DNA of 64,000 bases from Camelus dromedarius (taxonomy: Eukaryota). The stretch lies in contig NC_087436.1 in the NCBI RefSeq assembly GCF_036321535.1, positions 95,792,001 to 95,856,000 on the forward strand, written 5' to 3'. Positions 14,758 through 27,072 of this stretch are shown here, one piece after another. Made by a program: the position numbers and the translations under genes. The notes under the pieces are model-generated. The model worked only from the letters and a program-made list of their open reading frames with translations. It was not told the origin of the DNA and ran no database searches. The stretch's first letter is position 1; every line of letters starts with the position of its first letter.

Positions 14758-14825
14758 CATGGGACAGGCTGCTTCACAGTCATCCACCACCCATGGGACA
14801 GGCTGCTTCACAGTCATCCACCACC
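14758..14825. repeat. Perfect 34-bp tandem duplication
   Basis: catgggacaggctgcttcacagtcatccaccacc at 14758-14791 and 14792-14825. Confidence 0.95.
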
Positions 14826-17357
14826 CTTAACACGTTCCTGGCCACCGCACCGGGAGTTTACAGTACATCCTCATGACACGCTCTACACTTGAACACATTA
14901 AAGACATCATACAGCACTTCAGTCTCCACAGCAAGTCCCCGTGCGGTATGGCCACCGCAACACTGGGGCACTGTTCTCAAACAGCGAAATTCCACTTCTG
15001 GTGCTGCTGCTGTTTCAATCACAAATCACAGCTCAGTTCCCAGTCCCGGCCCGCCTCCTTCCCGTTCCTTCCCCTCCCCGCCCAGCCCACGCCCGCACCT
15101 CCCCCTCACCGGGCACCGCCAGGACCTGGGAGGAAGAGCCCTCTGCAGCGGGAGGAGCAAGGCCCGGCCATCCAGTCACTCTGGCAGCCAGAGAATCAAG
15201 CCCCGCCACTTGGCACAGCAGCTCCCAGGACGGTTCCGGCGGCAGCGCGGTGCATGCCAAGCACTGCTCCACAGCGCCCCCCTGTGGAAGGGCCGAGGGG
15301 GAGAAACAATGGGCAGGGAGCACCAGAGGGCCCTCCACACCGTGGGAGGTGACTTTATACTAGAAACGTTTGCATCACTCACTTTCTAATCTCCTGAAAT
15401 TTGAACACTTTAAAATAAAATGTCAGTAAAAGCATCATACTTCTCTTATCCCAATCAGTGTGACAAAAGGCCTAACTAATCCTATAACATCAGGGAGAAA
15501 TTAGACAAGTGTGTCCCAGACCACAGTGCCTAAGGTGGAAAGCGGGGATCTGGATGCAGGTTCTCTGCCCCTGTTTTCAGAGGAGGTTACCCTAAATGAG
15601 CTCTAAATCCTTTCCCGAAGTTCACCATCACGACCACCTGAGACCTTCCCACGCTAGAGGGCAGGTCCCTGCTATCAACAAGCTGTGACCCCAGGGGCCT
15701 GACAGGTGGATGCTGGGGTGCTCCTTTGAGCAGCTTTGAGTGCCACTTCCAGCGGGGGAGATGGCCAGCACCAAGTGCTCCATTCCCAGTTCCCTAGCAA
15801 CCAAGCTATCCAGGGAGCAGGGCACTGGAGGCACCTGCTCAGTGCTCTGACCTGTGTCTGCGGCAACAACCAGGTACCCCACCTCCTTCCCTGCACACTT
15901 GGGCCCAGCTGTGTCAGCTAGCCCAGAATGCACCAAAGAACCCTGTGCATTGCAAGTATCGTCAGTAAGAATGCAACTTGGACCTAAATATTCATTTCTT
16001 ACGATATTCCCAGACTAGACCTATTAAAAAGAAAAGTTTCCTGCCATGACTTCCAAAAAGAGAACTCAAATGCAAACTGTGGCCTCCTTCCTCCTTCCTT
16101 TCCTCTCCACTGGGGTGACACAAGATCGCCTCCTCTCATGCTGCTACAGCGTAGTCTCCCTGCCTGTTTTACCCTCCTGGGGTTGTCCAGAGAAGCAAGC
16201 ATTCGCCAGCACTGACTAACCTTCTGACTCAAGTCTCTCAGACCCCGACAGGAAGATACCAGTGCCTGTCCAGAAACCTCACACTTCCGGATTCCAGAGA
16301 CAGGAAAAGGGCGGCACCAGGGCGGGGCCTGCAGAGACCACCAGCATGTCCTCAGGGGCCAGAGCTCCAAGCAGGAGCTGTGCAGTTTACAAGCCTGGTG
16401 TTTTCTATAGCCACAACCCTAGCAGATCCCTGTGGCCTAGAATTTTAAAAGAAGTTTAAGGAAGGGATTAGGTTACACAATCTGGCTGTTGGACATTAGC
16501 AGGCAGTGTACAACATGAAAATGAAACCTTTAAAACAAAACTTTCTAAACTGATACGAACTGAAATAACTCAGTTTACTCAAAAATTTTTTTAAATCTCA
16601 CTGAATTTATAAACCCAGCGCTCCTTTACATTGCTGCTGCTGGGAGACAATGGCATAGGAAGCTAAATACCAGTGCTCCAATCTCAACAACGGAAACAAA
16701 AATAATGTTAGTTTACATCTAGTGTGCCTTCAGGTTTTCAAAGTACTGTCACATTTATAATTTAATGTACTTCCGTGAGATAGGAAGAGCCAACACTACT
16801 ATAACCCTTCTACAACTTAAGTGAAGTTACATGATTTACATCACAAAGATAGCTGAGCCCAAACCAGGCTCTTGTTTAATTGGGCAGAGGATTCATTATT
16901 CAAATTAAATACTAAGAACTCTGGGGGAAGGAGGCAGGGAGAGATGAAGAAACAAGGGGGAGGTGGAACAGGAGGGGAGGGTTCCTCCAACAGCCCTCCT
17001 CCCTCAAGACAGATGCAGGGAGCCTAGTCTGAAAACTCTCGGATTAGCCTGTGCTGCTTCCTGGGAGACATGCAGAGGTGTGTCGAGGGACAAGAGTGAA
17101 TCTACACTATGTGCAATCTGAGGCGTGCAAGTACTCGTTGAAGGTCTACTGTTACACTGTTACACTTTGCTAATTTTTAAGGAAACAATTTCTGATCGAG
17201 AAACATTAAGGACAGTAAATATCTACTATTGAAAGTTTATGATATCACTGGTCAGAGAAAAATCTTAATTTTGGTCAGAAGAACTGCATTTAAACTCCAT
17301 TTTTACATTGTAACTCAACATCAAAAGGCCTAAAGACAAACCTGAGCACGTTCCACA

Positions 17358-17701
17358 CGGGCATACCGCGTCTCACCGTGCTTATTACTGTGATTCGCAG
17401 ATACTGCTTTTTTTTTTTTTTGTAACAAATTGAAAGTTTGTGGCAACCCTGTATTGTCAGATGATGGTTAGCATTATTTTTGGCAATAAAGTTTTTTTAA
17501 ATTAAGGTATATACATCTTTTTTAGACATAATGCTATTGCACACTTAGAAGACTACATTATAGTGCCTATACTACAGTGTAAACATAACTTTTACGTGCA
17601 CTAGGAAACAAAAAAAATTCACGTGGTCTGCTTTATTGCGATATTCTCTTTACTGTGGTGGTTTTGGAACCCAAACCCGCAATATCTCTGAAGTCTGTCC
17701 G
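17358..17701 (+). mobile_element. Tigger1-derived non-autonomous element (Tigger1a_Art-like internal deletion derivative)
   Basis: Both Tigger1 ends are present: c(g)ggcatacc... acaaattgaaagtttgtggcaaccctg joined to cagatgatggttagcatt... cgcaatatctctgaagtctgtccg|ta. Confidence 0.8.
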
Positions 17702-18220
17702 TATTTCTTTGGGGGGCACAAGGATGAGCGAGCACAAGACAGCCCTCCTGTGACACCAGACTGAGTGACAGCAATTGACAAGGCACAGAGCATCACAAGC
17801 GTGACCAGTGGGATGGGGTACCTCTAACACCACACCGTGCTAAGGCAGGGAGTAAAGCGACCCTTGCAGAGGGGGAAAACAGACAAGCCTGGGAACACAG
17901 TGGGAAGGGATGAGGGAAGTGGAGGCGTCAGCCCGAGGTCCTTAACATTCCCGTGAATGAGGTAGGGCTGAGCAGTCACAAGAGCTCAGCAGAGGTGCCA
18001 TTTGTAACACGCAGCGTCGTACACAGTACTGTAAGCTGCTGAGCCCTGTGACAGGTTTCCCTGCAATGCGGGATCCTCTTGAAACAGTGCCAGGCATTGC
18101 CACGTCAGCCTCTCACCCAGGGAGCTTTAACATCAGGGGATGATTCTGACCTGAAATCTCATTTCACCTCTTCTTCCACAAATGCACTTTTTCTAGTTTT
18201 ATGTCGGGGGCAGGCCTCAC

Positions 18221-18360
18221 CTTCATATCTGCCGGGAGACTCGCACGCTTTCTGTGGGGTGGCCACGCGAAGGAAGATCTGCTGCCTCCACGAGTGTCTC
18301 CGTGTCTTCACAGGGGTCCCACTGGCGTCACTGAGATGGTTGTCTTTAGACTCAAAGTCC
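18221..18360 (-). CDS. TBC1D1: TBC1D1 exon 14 (140 nt, phase 2-1)
   Basis: ttgtag|G GAC ... GAA G|gtgagg; DFESKDNHLSDASGTPVKTRRHSWRQQIFLRVATPQKACESPGRYE. Confidence 0.96.
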
Positions 18361-19332
18361 CTACAATTACAAGATAATTGACTTATGACTGGTGGGGAGA
18401 TATAAACAGGTATTTTAGCTTGACTTACTGGTTTTTTTTTTTTTTAACAAAGCACTGAATGATATATTACCTTTGTACAAGTGAACAATTAGATAATCAT
18501 AGACAATAAGCATGATTATATTGGGTCAGGTCAACACTCCTACATGACTGACTTCTTGCAGAATGCTTTTTATAAAAAAAGCAAGTTTACACGTCTTTAA
18601 TTTATTTCTATTATAAAAGATATTAAAAAATATGCTCCGCGGATCTTGGCTTTCAATTGGGTCTCCCTTGGTGCCACTTCAGGAAAGGGAAACTGCCTAC
18701 AGGAGGCGCCACAATCTCCCCTAGTCGATGGGTAGAGAGATTTTCTTAGCATAGGCCTGTGTCTCCAAGGATCACCGCATGAAATGAAAAAAGTTAAATT
18801 ATACAGAACCAGCAAAAGCAATAATTATGCAGTCACTTGATATGATTTTTTTAACACCTATATGTTTTAAACTACAAAACAAAGTATAGTTTTCAATATA
18901 CATAAAAACCATCTAGTCACTAATTTTCTTCCTATTCAAAGGACAACTTGGGGAAGCCCTTGTGAGCTACACCCAAGTGTCTACCTGCAACCAGACAGTC
19001 ACCTGAACTTACAGATCAGACATCCTGACTGATACTGACAGCCAAACATGCTCACTATCCAGAAACACTTCTAATCAATTAGATGGGTAAGACTTTCTCT
19101 AATTTGCTGAAAATAACAACACATTAGTAAACTCATCCCAGTCAAAACTAGATTACAAGTTGACTCCACATTTTTAAAAAATCACATCCAGTAAGAAAAA
19201 CTTATAAGAAAGAAGATACAATAGGTCTAGCGTAAATGATTATTTAAATGGCAAAAGAACAGCTGAAAAATCCCTATGTGTCCAACAGTCAGCACTTGTA
19301 CCCAGACTTGATATATCTATATCAAACCCTAC

Positions 19333-19452
19333 CTTTTTGTGTTCATAAAGTCAGAGGTGTTATTTTCATCTACAGGAGCCAGAAATTTTAGAAAATTTGG
19401 CACAGAGGAAGAAGAATGAAGTTTTTTCCGCAGGGCATTACGGTAGGAGATG
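19333..19452 (-). CDS. TBC1D1: TBC1D1 cassette exon 13 of the long (muscle) isoform (120 nt, phase 2-2)
   Basis: ctcttag|C ATC ... AAA AG|gtaggg; (S)ISYRNALRKKLHSSSSVPNFLKFLAPVDENNTSDFMNTK(R). Not in the ORF track. Confidence 0.92.
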
Positions 19453-19679
19453 CTAAGAGTTTGGTTGAAAAAAGAGTTTAGGATAAAGAAACACAAATAG
19501 ACAAAGTATAAAACATAAGCTTCAAAATAAAAAACATTTTTATAGTTCTAATGCTAAGAAAATTAAAGCAGGTAAGAAAAACAGCTTACAAATGACATTT
19601 AACTTTCACTTTCAGTCAATAAAATTCTATTACTTTAAATGAATGGAATCAATGAATTAATGAATAAACATCAGTCCAT

Positions 19680-19839
19680 TCAGTTATGTAAGATGAATAA
19701 ATTCTAAAGATCTGCTGTGCAACATTGTGCCTACCATTAACAGTACTGTGCCTAGAGTTAGTAATACTGCAAACACGTTAAAAATGTGTTAAGAGAGTAG
19801 ATCTCATGTTAAGCATTCTTACAGAGTAAAATAAAAACA
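19680..19839 (+). mobile_element. 5'-truncated L1 3' end with target-site duplication
   Basis: taagatgaataaattctaaagatctgctgtgcaac...aagagagtagatctcatgttaagcattctta plus A-rich tail; TSD atcagtccat at 19670-19679 and 19840-19849. Confidence 0.75.
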
Positions 19840-20246
19840 ATCAGTCCATCATCCAAAATGACTCCTTCCAAACTGGAAATACAATTTTCCTAAATTAACG
19901 AGGAAGTTTCTAATACAACACAAATTGCAGTGTATGTGATCAAGCACAGTCGTGTGTGTGTGTGCACGCATGTGTGTGTAATAGGGCAGGGGAATGTGAA
20001 AGGATGTGAAAGACGTGTTTTATATAAAACACATCTTGCCATTAAGATTGTTTTCATAATAATTTTGAGGAAATCAATCGATAGTAAAATTAAGTAGATT
20101 CAAATGATAGACTGACAATAACAAAACCCAAACCAGACAGACACACAAGCGGTGGCCCCGGGCTCCTGGCACGAACATCAGCACACTCTCTGCGTGAACG
20201 TGCCGGTAAGACAGACGACACTGAACTTGCCATGCGGGTGGCTCAC

Positions 20247-20408
20247 CTCTTGGGCACCGCATTCCCACTCTGTTCTCCACTGGAGTTATGTTTGAGGTAC
20301 TTAAAGAAATTGGGCGAGGAGGCAGAGGGGTTAAGACGAGGTGGAGGAGCAGGAGCTGAAGACTGACCTGAGCGACTTTTAGACTCGCCAACAGGTGGAT
20401 GATTCCCA
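20247..20408 (-). CDS. TBC1D1: TBC1D1 cassette exon 12 of the long (muscle) isoform (162 nt, phase 2-2)
   Basis: gtttag|T GGG ... AAG AG|gtgagc; (N)GNHPPVGESKSRSGQSSAPAPPPRLNPSASSPNFFKYLKHNSSGEQSGNAVPK, matching the long-isoform insert as I recall it. The ORF track shows this region in a different frame. Confidence 0.92.
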
Positions 20409-22185
20409 CTAAACAGCAATTAGAAAGAAAGCAGGGGCATTAGAGAGAGGGGAGGGAACCACGCAGGAAAAATGGAGGGAACAGGAAGCCCGGCATTGAA
20501 CAGGAACTGCCAGAGTGGGGGTGTTCTCCACGTCTCTTCTGCACACCAACTCCCGGGCACAGGCAATTTGCAGTAAAGAAAGGCCTGTGGAAGGTCATGC
20601 TTGATCACTTCCCACATGTCTATGCACCCAACAGACCTGTTTCCTCTACTCCCTTTTTAGGACCTGACGGGAAAAAAAATTTTTTTTTAATTAAAACAAA
20701 AGCAAAGGAAAGCAAAACAAAATCCAGAGTTTTAAAAATACATCTCTCTTTAAACTGAACAATAACCTGCTTCTAACGTCAAGTCTCATTTCCTGTGCAT
20801 AAATGAGCAGAGAGGTCACGAGGGGATGCAAGGCCAAAGAGGTAAGCTGGGGAGGGAGGGCGGAGGGCAGGACGTTTCCACGTCCCCTCATCACCTACAT
20901 CCGGCACGACCTTTAGGAAGCTGCATTCTTAGGGGAGAAGGGAACCAGGGCTGTCAGGGATTCTAATTTCCTACCATCCTTAGCTAATGCAAAACAGCAG
21001 GCTTATTAGCAAGACGGCTAGGAATCTCCAGACAGGAAGGTTTCCATCATCACTAAAGTGCCGGGAAAAGAGGGGCGGGAGCACAGCAGAGGGGCGGAAT
21101 AAAAGAAGCGTATGCACAAGGTTCTAGAAAACATGACGAGAATCCCACAAAGCCTCAACCTATCCTGGTCTCTAAAATGTCGTATGATTGAGTATTAGCT
21201 TCTGAAGTGGGTCCTGCTCTGGGATCACAGTTATCCAGCCGAATTCCAAAGAACCGCCATAACTATCTTCAAGGGCTGACTGAAGACAGGCTGAGAGGCT
21301 CCACCACACTGTCTGCGACTGCAGACACCGTCCCCTGTCCACCAGCAGCATCTCAGACGCCCCCGTGTGGACGCCCCTCATCGGTGCAGAAACGGCTCCG
21401 ACGCGCGCCGTACTCCCGGTGTCACCAAAAGAGGGAGGAAGGGCTGCACGCAGGCAGGGCCTGCTTCGTGTTTATAAGGCAAGGGCTTTGAAACGACGTT
21501 TAAAGTTATTTTTAATGATATCTCTGTGCCCATTCATGCTCTCTGACACCTGGGCTCAAATTAATTGCCAAGGGACCCTGGAAGGAAGCCTCTGTAGTGC
21601 TTACCCAGCTCTAGAACCAGGAAACTCGCTAGAGCCCATTATCAAAGTTAGTCAATCTTGTCGGGAGGCTCTAGAATCCTCACACTGCAGGGGACTTCAG
21701 AGACTGCCCACTCCAACGGCGACGGGCAGTGACTTGCCCGGCCCAGCACAGAGCAGGACGGGGCCCCAGGCTGTGATCCAGCACAGGCGGCCCGACGCCA
21801 CGCACTTGCTCGGGACCCATCGCCACGCCGCCGTCCCGGCCTCCAAATGAGCAGCCCCTCCATGGCTGCTTCCTCGAGGCCAGCAGTCACCAGCCCTCAC
21901 ACTGCGAGAGGAGCACCGCTGTGCCCCGCTGGCCTGCTCCGCCTGACCTGCTCCCTCACTGTCCCTGCACTGGCGCAAGTCCGAGCATCTATGACAGCTA
22001 CACAGTCCCGGGGGGGAAGTGGCGGGAACAGGCACCGCTGCGAGGGTTATCTTTTAAGCCAATAGTGAAAGCTGACCTAGGCTTCTCTCTGACCCCATCA
22101 GCACGGCTGAGCCGCACGTACCTGGTCAGGAACAGGTAAGCCCCAGCCATTTATACAACAAATCTACATTTTAAACAAATCTTAC

Positions 22186-22466
22186 TTCCGTTCATGAGGC
22201 GTCTCTGTGCTCACTGAGTGATACCTCACAAGTTTCCTCTGCGAGACCCCTGGGGACCCCTTGGCAGGCTCCGGGGGCTCCTGGCACTCCACTGGGACGT
22301 GGCTCAGGGTGTTGGCACGCCTTCTGAAGCCCCGCTGAGGTGACAGCGGGGCGAGCTCTTCCGCGGGGTGGTCCTCCGAGTCACTGGACAGGTCATCCGA
22401 GGAGCCGAGGAGCCTGAAGGAGCTCTCGGAGATCGGCAAGGCCTCCTTCTCACACACAGACGGCTC
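22186..22466 (-). CDS. TBC1D1: TBC1D1 exon 11 (281 nt, phase 0-2); Akt motif RRRANT (Thr596-equivalent)
   Basis: tgccag|GAG ... CGG AA|gtaaga; EPSVCEKEALPISESSF...RRRANTLSH...RYHSVSTETPHER. Thr codon at 22308-22310. Confidence 0.97.
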
Positions 22467-24569
22467 CTGGCAGCAGACAGACAGCACATCAGACACATCA
22501 CAGGGCACTTGTGAGATTCATAAATCCAATTCCAGCGGCAGGAAAACATTTCAGTATGCACGTCTTCTGACTATAAATGCCGTCTAGAAGCTACCAAAAG
22601 TGCAACGCAGTAAAGGCCCATTAAATGCCTGCTGTTAGAGACAAAACACTTGTTTGCAGGACAAATGGGGAAACTACCAAACGCAGGTGTGAAGGCCGTA
22701 AATTACAACTTGCAACTGTCCCAAGCAAAGCTGAAATAGTTCTCTGTCTAGAAGACAGAACTCTTTACTGTTGCTTTTAAGCAGAGACAGTTGTGTAACT
22801 TGTCTGCACCGTTTAAACAAATCAAGTTCTTTATCTCAGCCAAGTGTGTTCATACATGTTATACCCATATTTTAAGACTCTCTCGGAATTGGACCTAATG
22901 TTGAGATTTAACCTGGTAATCTTGAGGGTTAAAAATTATATCCTGTATTATTCTTAGATATGGAAAAATCTCTCTAAGCACTTCTTGCCGTGGTTCAGGG
23001 CAAATCTCTTAACTTCTCCCTACACTTTAATTTCCTCATCTGTAAAAGGGTGCAGTGAAAATTTATCTCACTGGGTGTCGGAATTAAGCAAGATAATACA
23101 ACCATAAGTACCCGTTCACTTAAAATGTTATACAAATGTAAGTTATTATTTATTAGGTACTCAGTGAATTTACTGAGTGGGTACGCAAACACTTGTTGAG
23201 AACCATGACAATATCTTCACACTGCAGGCTTGCCAGATGCATACTTTTTCAAGGGAATGAACTGCCACCACTCACACTTAGTGCTGCACGCCCAAGACAT
23301 GGCTGGGGGCCAATATATTTTCCTCAAATCAAAAAACATAAAATAAGACAAAGTGTGCCAGCTTGTCCCTACTAGAACTGCTAGAAGGGATAAATAAATC
23401 AACACGAAAAGCGCAGAAAGGAATGAATGCATCTAATGGTGGACTGGAGAATCTAAATTCTTCTTGTTCACCTGCCCCCACAGTTGAGTGTCTTTTAGAT
23501 GATAGGTATTAAGGATTTTAAGAGATTAAATTTAGGTTTATTGAGGAGAGAGATTATACAAACTTAATTTTTTAGTAATTAAATTTAAAAGGCTTAATTC
23601 CCAAAACATTATGAAACGTTAATTACTTTAAACATAACTTCAATTTTTCATTCTTCAAGACTCTACAGTTACAAAGATTCTTTTAATTTAAGGGTTTAAA
23701 AATGTGTCTAAGACAATACATCAAGCAATGGCCATCATGCAAGCCTGTTCATCTCAACTCTCATTAACTCCTCCAAATTACGTGGACCAGCTCACCCTTT
23801 GCTTAACCTTACACCTGAAAGGGCCACTCAGATGCTCAGCTTCTTTGCTTCTAGACGATCCATTTATTAGAAGAGATTCAATTACATAAAAGCACATCTT
23901 TACAACAGTTTCTTAATCTCAGGATGAAAAAATATGTAAAGAAGTGCAGACAGCCACACATACAATACACATAGGTAGCTTTTGAAAAGCTGCATTTCTC
24001 CCAGAATTACCCTAGAAATTCAAGCTATGTGTATATTCCCAGATCTGTGTTTTGAAGAAGAATAAAAAAACAAGCAATAAGACTTTCTGGGAAAGTCACT
24101 TGAGTGATATGAATTTCTTCACAGTATGTTTATTTGAACTAATCTGAACACCTTTTTCCCTGTCCACTTCCACAGTACAATTCCTACAGTTTCCCCAAGA
24201 TTTAATTCAGAAGCAATACTGCCCCCTCCAACCCCGCCAGCTTTTTCTGGTCTCACTGACCAAAAATATCATCCCTCCCCGGACTCCTGTGACCACTGAG
24301 CTACCACCAGCTCTTACTTGAACTCTCCGGCGCACAGCACTCTACACTCAATGCCGTGTATCTGTCGCCTCCTTCTTACCAGATGAGCTCCCAGAGGGGA
24401 GGGGCTCTGTCTTATTCAGCTATATCCAGAGGATAAACAAACCATAATGCTTCCAAACTTCAAATGAATTGTGGGCAGAATCAGTATGTGGGCAACGGAG
24501 CACAGATGACACTACGTCCCACAAAATTCTAACTTAGAAAATCACATGCAGAAGGTGGGTGTGTCTAGG

Positions 24570-24929
24570 GTCTTGCTCCCCCAAGTGGGTCAGCATTTTA
24601 GGCCTCACCCAGGCCTATTGAATCAGAATCTGCATTTTAACCAGACCCCACTAAAGATGCACCTTAGAATTTGAAAAAGCACTCCACTAAGGCAGTGTTT
24701 CTCAAACTATAGACTCTAACACATTAGTAGGTAGTAGTATCAATTTTGTGGTCTTTTTCACTAAACTTTTCAAAACAGAATAGAAAATACCAGTATGTAC
24801 CACATATTGTTTACAGTAAATTGTTTTGTGAAATTTTATGTGTGAGTGTGTATGTTTATCTGTGAACCATTTCGCAATGTTAAAGGTGTAAATTACTGTT
24901 GCTTATGGTCTAAAAACTTTGAAAGCCAC
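24570..24929. mobile_element. Adjacent hAT-Charlie fossils (MER5A-like 24570-24690; MER119-like 24693-24929)
   Basis: gaatcagaatctgcattttaac..gaatttgaaaaagcact, then cagtgtttctcaaact..cattagt..tcaatttt gtgg...aaaactttgaaagccac. Confidence 0.55.
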
Positions 24930-25718
24930 ATGCCCCAGAGGGAGCTCAAAAGAACTTAAGATTCCTGTAGTAGGGAGCTGGCTTTCACAAAAACTCCCCT
25001 CTCTTCCATCTGAGGGCATTCTGGTCACAGAAGGAAAGCTGACTGTCCCAGCACAAAATCCAAAATCCACTTTTCTGGTAGTTTCTGGTGGTTAAAAAGT
25101 TCAACTAACTAGGTTTAAATATGCTTGTATGTCTAGAAAGCAAGAAATTAAAACAAGGACATAGATACAGGTTTGTCACCAAAGAGAACCACCGACTTTC
25201 TCGCTGTCACAAAGCTGTGCCCATTGGTGACAGACATGAGGGCGGAGGCTTCACTGCTTATTTATAAAAATAGTAATATTTAATTATAATCATAGAGCCA
25301 GCCAGAGGATAAAGTAAGTTTCAGGAATTTACCCTACATACTTCTCAGAATTCACAAACCCAATTTTGAGGTTTCTCTAACTTAAATTATTTTTAATATT
25401 TCATTTAGATTTCATTGGAAAACCGATTTAAGAAATCCATTGACTGCTTTGTGCTAAATTAGATCTCAGTGGTCTAAAACTGCGATTTTGTTCCTTTGTT
25501 TATGGGATGGCATCTGCTTTGGTAGGTAAACCTTTTTTCTTGGAACAGAACTGCATGACCAGCCCTCCATCTGCACCTGGAGGTCTGGAAGCACCAAACT
25601 TTTCATGATTGGAGATACGAGTTTCTTTTGTTCCTCTTGACAGACCCTGTATATAGGGGACGAGGAAGACCCATGTGCTGGTTTCCTCAGGGGGTCACTT
25701 AAAAAGAAATGTGCTTAC

Positions 25719-25805
25719 CTTGCTGGTGTTACTTAACGTGCTAGACGCCGAGCTGTCCAAGTCCAGATTGGCGGAGTGCTCCTGCAGGCCTTTGGCTTTA
25801 TTACC
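25719..25805 (-). CDS. TBC1D1: TBC1D1 exon 10 (87 nt)
   Basis: ttatgcag|GGT ... AAG|gtaagc; GNKAKGLQEHSANLDLDSSASSTLSNTSK. Confidence 0.95.
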
Positions 25806-26482
25806 CTGCATAAAGAAAGGCAGTTATGACCTCTGAGGTTTTGCAAAGGAAGCGACCTGATCTGTTTAAATAAGCTCAGGAAAAATGCATTTACTGAGAA
25901 ACACTGTTGAGTGCATATGTGCATTGAGACAATCATATTCTTTTAAGCCAACCTGAATGTTTCAAAGCACCTTTTGGATTAGTCATTGGCAGGATGACGG
26001 GCAGGGGAAGAGACATGTCTAGGAAGAGCAAGTGCTGAAGTGTGCACGCCCAACATCGCTCTCCTGAGTCACACGGCATCATGACCTGCCAGGCCGTGAC
26101 ACCCAAACCGCCATCTCTCCACTTGGGAGCTCTCCAAAGCAGCCCCACTCCAACTCTGGTTTTGTAAGTGAAATGGTTTTAATTATCTATAAGGTTGCTG
26201 CAAAATTCTCAGAAACATCTTCACACACAATAAAATTTAACTTCTACGAAAACTAAAGCATGATTCATCAAATGGAGTGGTTCGTGAAATAAAAAAGAAC
26301 TGTAAGAAGACAACTGCAAGCTCCAGAAAGGTGCAAGACTTTGAGAGAAAATCTAACTTTTATTTCTTAGAAGTGCCATCAAGGGTATTTACACCCATGA
26401 GAACGAAGGGGGACGGGGTGGTAGTGATTTCTTAAAGAACCCCCAGATTGGAACAGCATATATATACTCGTTCTTCCTAGAG

Positions 26483-26686
26483 AGCTGCAGGCCACAAACT
26501 TTTTCTGTAACGGGACAGAAAATAAAGCTCTTATGCTCCGTGGTGTCTGTGGCAACTACTCAACTCTGCAGAAAAGCAGCCTTAGACAACAGGTGAACTG
26601 ATGTGATTGTGTTTCAATAAATCTTTAGTTACAAAAACCAGAGATGAATGGTATTTGACCCAAGGGCCACTGTTTGCAGATCCTGC
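26483..26686. mobile_element. MER58A-like hAT DNA transposon
   Basis: caaactttttctgtaacgggacag..tctgtggcaactactcaactctgc..aaagcagccttagacaa..gtttgcagatcctg. Confidence 0.75.
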
Positions 26687-27072
26687 TTAGAAGTTCCAGA
26701 CATATAACAATAACAGCTGACAATAACTGGATTTTTAAATAGTACCTAGTGACACAAGGGAGAACGGAACCCACACGTTGGTGTATCTAATCCGTGCTCT
26801 TTAGAGGGACTAGCCAACAAATAACACTCTCTGGGAGACAAAAATTCCATGGATATAATCTACAAAAGAGTGAAGTTTTTTTTTAACTAAGGCCAAGATA
26901 AAACCTGAATTTTAAGTGAAGATAACATTATTCGAAGACTGAGAAGACATTTTAAAAGGTCTTACCCTTCTATACTTCATGATGAACACTGATGGAGTAA
27001 AAACAAAGAACTGAATCTCATGCTCTCTCAAAAAGTCATTTAACTTAAATTAAGAGAAATTATGGCACTTAC

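Noticed and set aside
14873..15389. Several overlapping 140-166 aa ORFs
   Set aside because: Open in all frames because of high GC; low-complexity Pro/Ala/Arg peptides with no family resemblance.
18597..18821. Possible third cassette exon between exons 13 and 14
   Set aside because: No convincing acceptor/donor pair and no TBC1D1-like peptide.
20074..20409. 111-aa minus-strand ORF over exon 12
   Set aside because: Wrong frame; the splice phase from exon 11 gives the RLNPSASSPNF frame.
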